A stretch of 64,000 bases of DNA from Glaucostegus cemiculus (taxonomy: Eukaryota). Below the pieces are notes generated by a model. That model was not told the origin of the DNA and ran no database searches. It saw only the letters and a list, made by a program, of their open reading frames with translations. Location: contig CDPCPM010000029.1 in assembly GCA_976551045.1 (NCBI GenBank), positions 682,001 to 746,000 of the forward strand, read 5' to 3'. Positions 60,844 to 64,000 of this stretch are shown in pieces; positions within the stretch are counted from its first letter, which is position 1, and each line of letters starts with the position of its first letter. Position numbers and translations under genes: made by a program.

Positions 60844-60937
60844 GTAAAAACATTTTTCTTTTAATTATTTACCAAAATTATCCCAATCAGTATGATCAAT
60901 GTGTAAACATTTTCAAAAATATATTCTGTGTCTTCAG

Positions 60938-61036
60938 GATGAAAGGGAACGTGGAAGTGGTATTCACACCCGTATTGAGAGACACTGGTTGGGTGTTGTC
61001 CATATCCCATTTTCTACTATCTATTCCCAGTCCCGG
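60938..61036 (+). CDS. CC2D2A: CC2D2A window-exon 21 (99 nt)
   Basis: cttcag|GAT GAA AGG...TCC CGG|gtaagg; [33 protein letters not shown]; follows a 94-bp intron. Confidence 0.96.
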
Positions 61037-61639
61037 GTAAGGATTTTATTCTGCATGAATATTTACCTGCAGTGAATGGTAGTTGTAAAATCCTGAGAAG
61101 CAAATCTTTGGGAGAAATACGTGTTGTTACTTGATGTATCTGAAAGCTATTCTATGCAGTTTGTGTAGTACAGTTTCAGGACAGATCTGAGGTAATCATA
61201 TATTGCAAATTCCATACTGATTTTGTGGTAGCCACAGTCATACAGCGTACAACCTTTAGAAATTATAGCTTATAACAATGCAAATCATACAATTACATGC
61301 ATTCAATTTTATAATCCAGTAATAACTTGTGACTGTCTTTGTGCATTTCTTAATAGGGCCTCCCACATCTCCAATCCCTTTTGTTCTTAGCTGTTTCATT
61401 GATATTTACTCACTCCTACCATAAAAGATGTTTTATTTTTCAGCAAAACAAATCAATGGACAAGAATTCAATTTTCCCAGACTTGGTTACGTACATAAGG
61501 CTTAGCAGTTAGCTAATTTGGAAATTTCTCCTGAAGAGATTTTGCAGAAATCTGGATCGAAATCCTTTTTACATCATTTACTCTCTGCCTCCTTGATTTT
61601 TCTTCTTGTCCTCATTGTCTATGTCCTGAGATGTCCAGG

Positions 61640-62302
61640 GGGCAAGTCCATGGCTCATTGTAAGTGGCTACATAGGTAGATAGGGTAGTTAAGAAGGCTT
61701 ATGGAATGCTTGCTTTCGTTAATCGAGGTATTGAGTATAGGAGTCAAGAAGTTATGATGCATCTCTATAAAACTCTGATCAGGCCATATTTAGAGTATTG
61801 AATGCAATCCTGGTCACCTCACTATAGGAAGGATGGCGAGACTTCGGAGAAAGTGTAAGGGAGGTTTACTAGGACGCTGCCTGGATTAGACGCCATGTGC
61901 TATCAGGAGAGGCTGGACAAACTGGGGATCTTTTCTCTGGAGTGGCGGAGGTTGAGGAGTGATCTGTTGGAGGTGTATAAAATTATGAGGGCATTGATAG
62001 GTTGGACAAGTAATATCTTTTTTTCATTATTGAGCAATCCAGTACCAGAGGGTTTGCATAAAGGTGAGAGAAGGGAGGTTCAGAAGAGATGTGAGGGGTA
62101 TGTTTTTAACTCAGAGAGTGGTATGCGTTGCCTGATAGGGTGGTGGAGGCAAATTCATTGGGGGCTTTTAAGAAGGGCTTGGATGGGCACGTGAATGAGG
62201 GGAAAATGGAAGGATATGGGCACTCTGTAGGTAGGAGGGATTAGCTATGTCAGCACTACCTTGTGGGCCAAAGGGCCTGTGCTGTGCTGTACTGTTCTGT
62301 GT
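61640..62302 (+). mobile_element. CR1 LINE 3' part
   Basis: VKKAYGMLAFVNRGIEYRS, LYKTLIRPYLEY, YQERLDKLGIFSLE; tail GGGCCAAAGGGCCTGTGCTGTGCTGTACTGTTCTGTG. Confidence 0.9.
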
Positions 62303-62454
62303 TATAATGGTGGGATAGATTACACAGGAATTAGTTACTTTGCCGGCATTGGGAACACAAACTGAATTTAAGATGCATTTGTTCAAATTCCTTTTGCTTT
62401 TATTGCCTTAGAAAAGTCTTTTGTCAGGAACCGGGAATTTTCTTTTTAATTTCC

Positions 62455-62648
62455 TGTGTCTGTGTGGGTTTCCTCCGGGTGCTCCGGTTTCCTCCCACTT
62501 ACCAAAGACGTACAGGTTAGGAAGTTATGGGCATGCTATGTTGGCGCTGGAAGCATGGCAACACTTGCGGGCTGCCCCCCAAAATCACTATGCAAAAGAT
62601 GTATTTCACTGCGTGTTTCTATGTACATGTGACTAATAAAGATCTTAT
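62455..62648 (+). mobile_element. V-SINE family B, 5'-truncated
   Basis: V-domain plus family B tail; shares diagnostic variants with the 31233 copy. Confidence 0.88.
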
Positions 62649-62654
62649 TTTATA

Positions 62655-62912
62655 TTTATATTTTATATTTTTATTTACAGCGTGGTAACTAACAAGCCCT
62701 TTCGGCCCAACGAGTCCGTGCCGCCCATTTTAAACCCCCAAATCAACCTACCCATACATCTTTTGGAATGTGGGAGGAAACCAGAACACCCGGAGGAAAC
62801 CCACGCAGACACCGGAGAACGTACAAACTCCTTACAGACAGCGACGGGAATCGAACCCCGATCGCTGGCGCTGTAACAGCATCGCGCTAACCGCTACGCT
62901 ATCGTGCCGCCC
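62655..62912 (-). mobile_element. Young full-length V-SINE family A
   Basis: Near-identical to 15285-15529; A and B boxes intact. Confidence 0.9.
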
Positions 62913-63299
62913 TATATTATGATATAGCATTTTAGTACTCCTGGAGAACTAAGTATGCAAGTCCTTTTGATGGTGCATACTTTTGATTTGTTTTTTCCAG
63001 CAGTTCTGCACAGAGCTGCCAGTATTTCTTGGTGCAAGGACTCAGGTTTGAAGCCTATGCTGAACCATGACCAATAATTTCCCAGCTGTACTCTGCCACT
63101 GAACTTTGCATCAGGGCTGACTGCAGAACAGGAACTTACAGAGATCTTTAGCCTTCCCACCAGATTCAGAAATTCATGGATTCCATTCTTACTCCAGGAC
63201 CAGAACATGTGAAAATGAGTTATTGCTTTGCTGAACGTTGTGTGCCACTATTTAGATGAAATAGTATCCAAGATCCCAGGGTGCAGTTGGATTATTTAT

Positions 63300-63460
63300 T
63301 AAAAAGTAATCCATTCAAAAAAGTAGATTTTTTTTTCCCAGCATCTTGGCTAACCTCCCTCCCTCAAATAACACCAAACAACAGGCTTGTTCTTTCATAT
63401 CATTGCTATTTGTTGGGTGTTCATGTGCAATGTGCTCACAGATTAATGATGCTTTTACTT
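63300..63460 (+). mobile_element. Deu-domain SINE remnant
   Basis: gcatcttggctaac...tccctcaa..aacacca...cattgct.tttgttggg...tgtgc.cacagatt resembles the Deu core; a shorter trace lies at about 56698-56765. Confidence 0.5.
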
Positions 63461-63565
63461 CAAACCCCACCTTTTATTTGAACCAAACCAACTTTATACC
63501 TGGGCACTTTTTCAGTAGATCTTTTGGCAGTTTTTCCAAAGGTGTTTTAATGATTTGCTTTACAG

Positions 63566-63742
63566 ATTGATGGAACCTTCAGAATTAATACACCCCCGGT
63601 ACTTCTTGGATACAGCAAAGAGCGTAATCTAGCCAGTGAAAGAGGATGGGAGGCAGTTCGGAGTTTAAGTGAAGGTTCTTATTTGTCTCTCTTCATCACT
63701 GTTGAACCTCATCTTGTACCTGGAGAACCTGTAGTTGAAAAG
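63566..63742 (+). CDS. CC2D2A: CC2D2A window-exon 22 (177 nt)
   Basis: ttacag|ATT GAT GGA...GAA AAG|gtaatg; [59 protein letters not shown]. Confidence 0.96.
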
Positions 63743-64000
63743 GTAATGTACATTCTTAATTTAAAACTGCTTCCATCAAGATCATCTTCAGCTTCCTTGT
63801 CAGACTTTGTTACATCTCCCATTTGCAATGTCAAATTAAAGTCAAGTAATTGTTGTGATTAAATGCATATGCTCTCCAGAGAAGTCAACATAGTTTAAGA
63901 GTGGAGTTATTTTAAAAATATAATTGGTACGCTTTGCAGACACGTCAGTTAAGAAAAAAGAACAATGTGCCAGTTTGATGCAGCATAGATGGCAGTGTTA

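Larger units (their letters stand above)
5457..63742 (+). other. CC2D2A: CC2D2A gene, partial: 22 internal coding exons, 3252 nt / 1084 aa; 5' and 3' exons outside the window
   Basis: The spliced translation is collinear with human CC2D2A as I recall it ([19 protein letters not shown]; PRFLEDEG; FSREHVLAAKLAQLYDQY; [15 protein letters not shown]; LDPNDP; [20 protein letters not shown]; [23 protein letters not shown]; [16 protein letters not shown]). All introns are GT-AG and phases match at every junction. Confidence 0.97.

Noticed and set aside
1-64000. A novel prokaryote-style system (CRISPR array, retron, defence operon) suggested by the many reverse-transcriptase ORFs
   Set aside because: The RT fragments are ordinary CR1, Rex1/Babar and Penelope retrotransposon copies inside introns of a spliced vertebrate gene; there is no repeat-spacer array and no operon structure.

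Overview
Vertebrate nuclear DNA, not microbial. The repeat complement (CR1 LINEs, V-domain tRNA-SINEs, Deu-domain SINE remnants, Rex1/Babar LINEs, Penelope-like elements) points to a cartilaginous fish, probably a ray or shark; this is inferred. The whole window lies inside one + strand gene, CC2D2A (MKS6, ciliary transition-zone protein). I traced 22 consecutive GT-AG coding exons by hand from 5457 to 63742. They total 3252 nt (1084 codons), the intron phases are consistent and there is no internal stop. The start and stop codons lie outside the window. The introns are dominated by transposon copies of different ages and contain two assembly gaps. Nearly all ORFs in the supplied track are TE remnants, exon read-through or noise. 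I found no evidence of a new multi-gene system. Best leads: (1) a candidate in-frame 15-nt microexon at 55290-55304 with an SRRM3/4-type UGC/polypyrimidine context; (2) many Penelope-derived repeats carrying a minimal hammerhead-ribozyme consensus, two of them as palindromic units; (3) two V-SINE families with a shared head and core but tails from different LINE clades; (4) a very young Rex1/Babar insertion with an 8-bp TSD; (5) an LTR with a 4-bp TSD that spans an assembly gap; (6) a tail-less internal CR1 fragment flanked by an 8-bp direct repeat. Exon coordinates were counted base by base. TE boundaries are approximate unless a TSD is given. Family assignments come from recalled motifs, not database searches.
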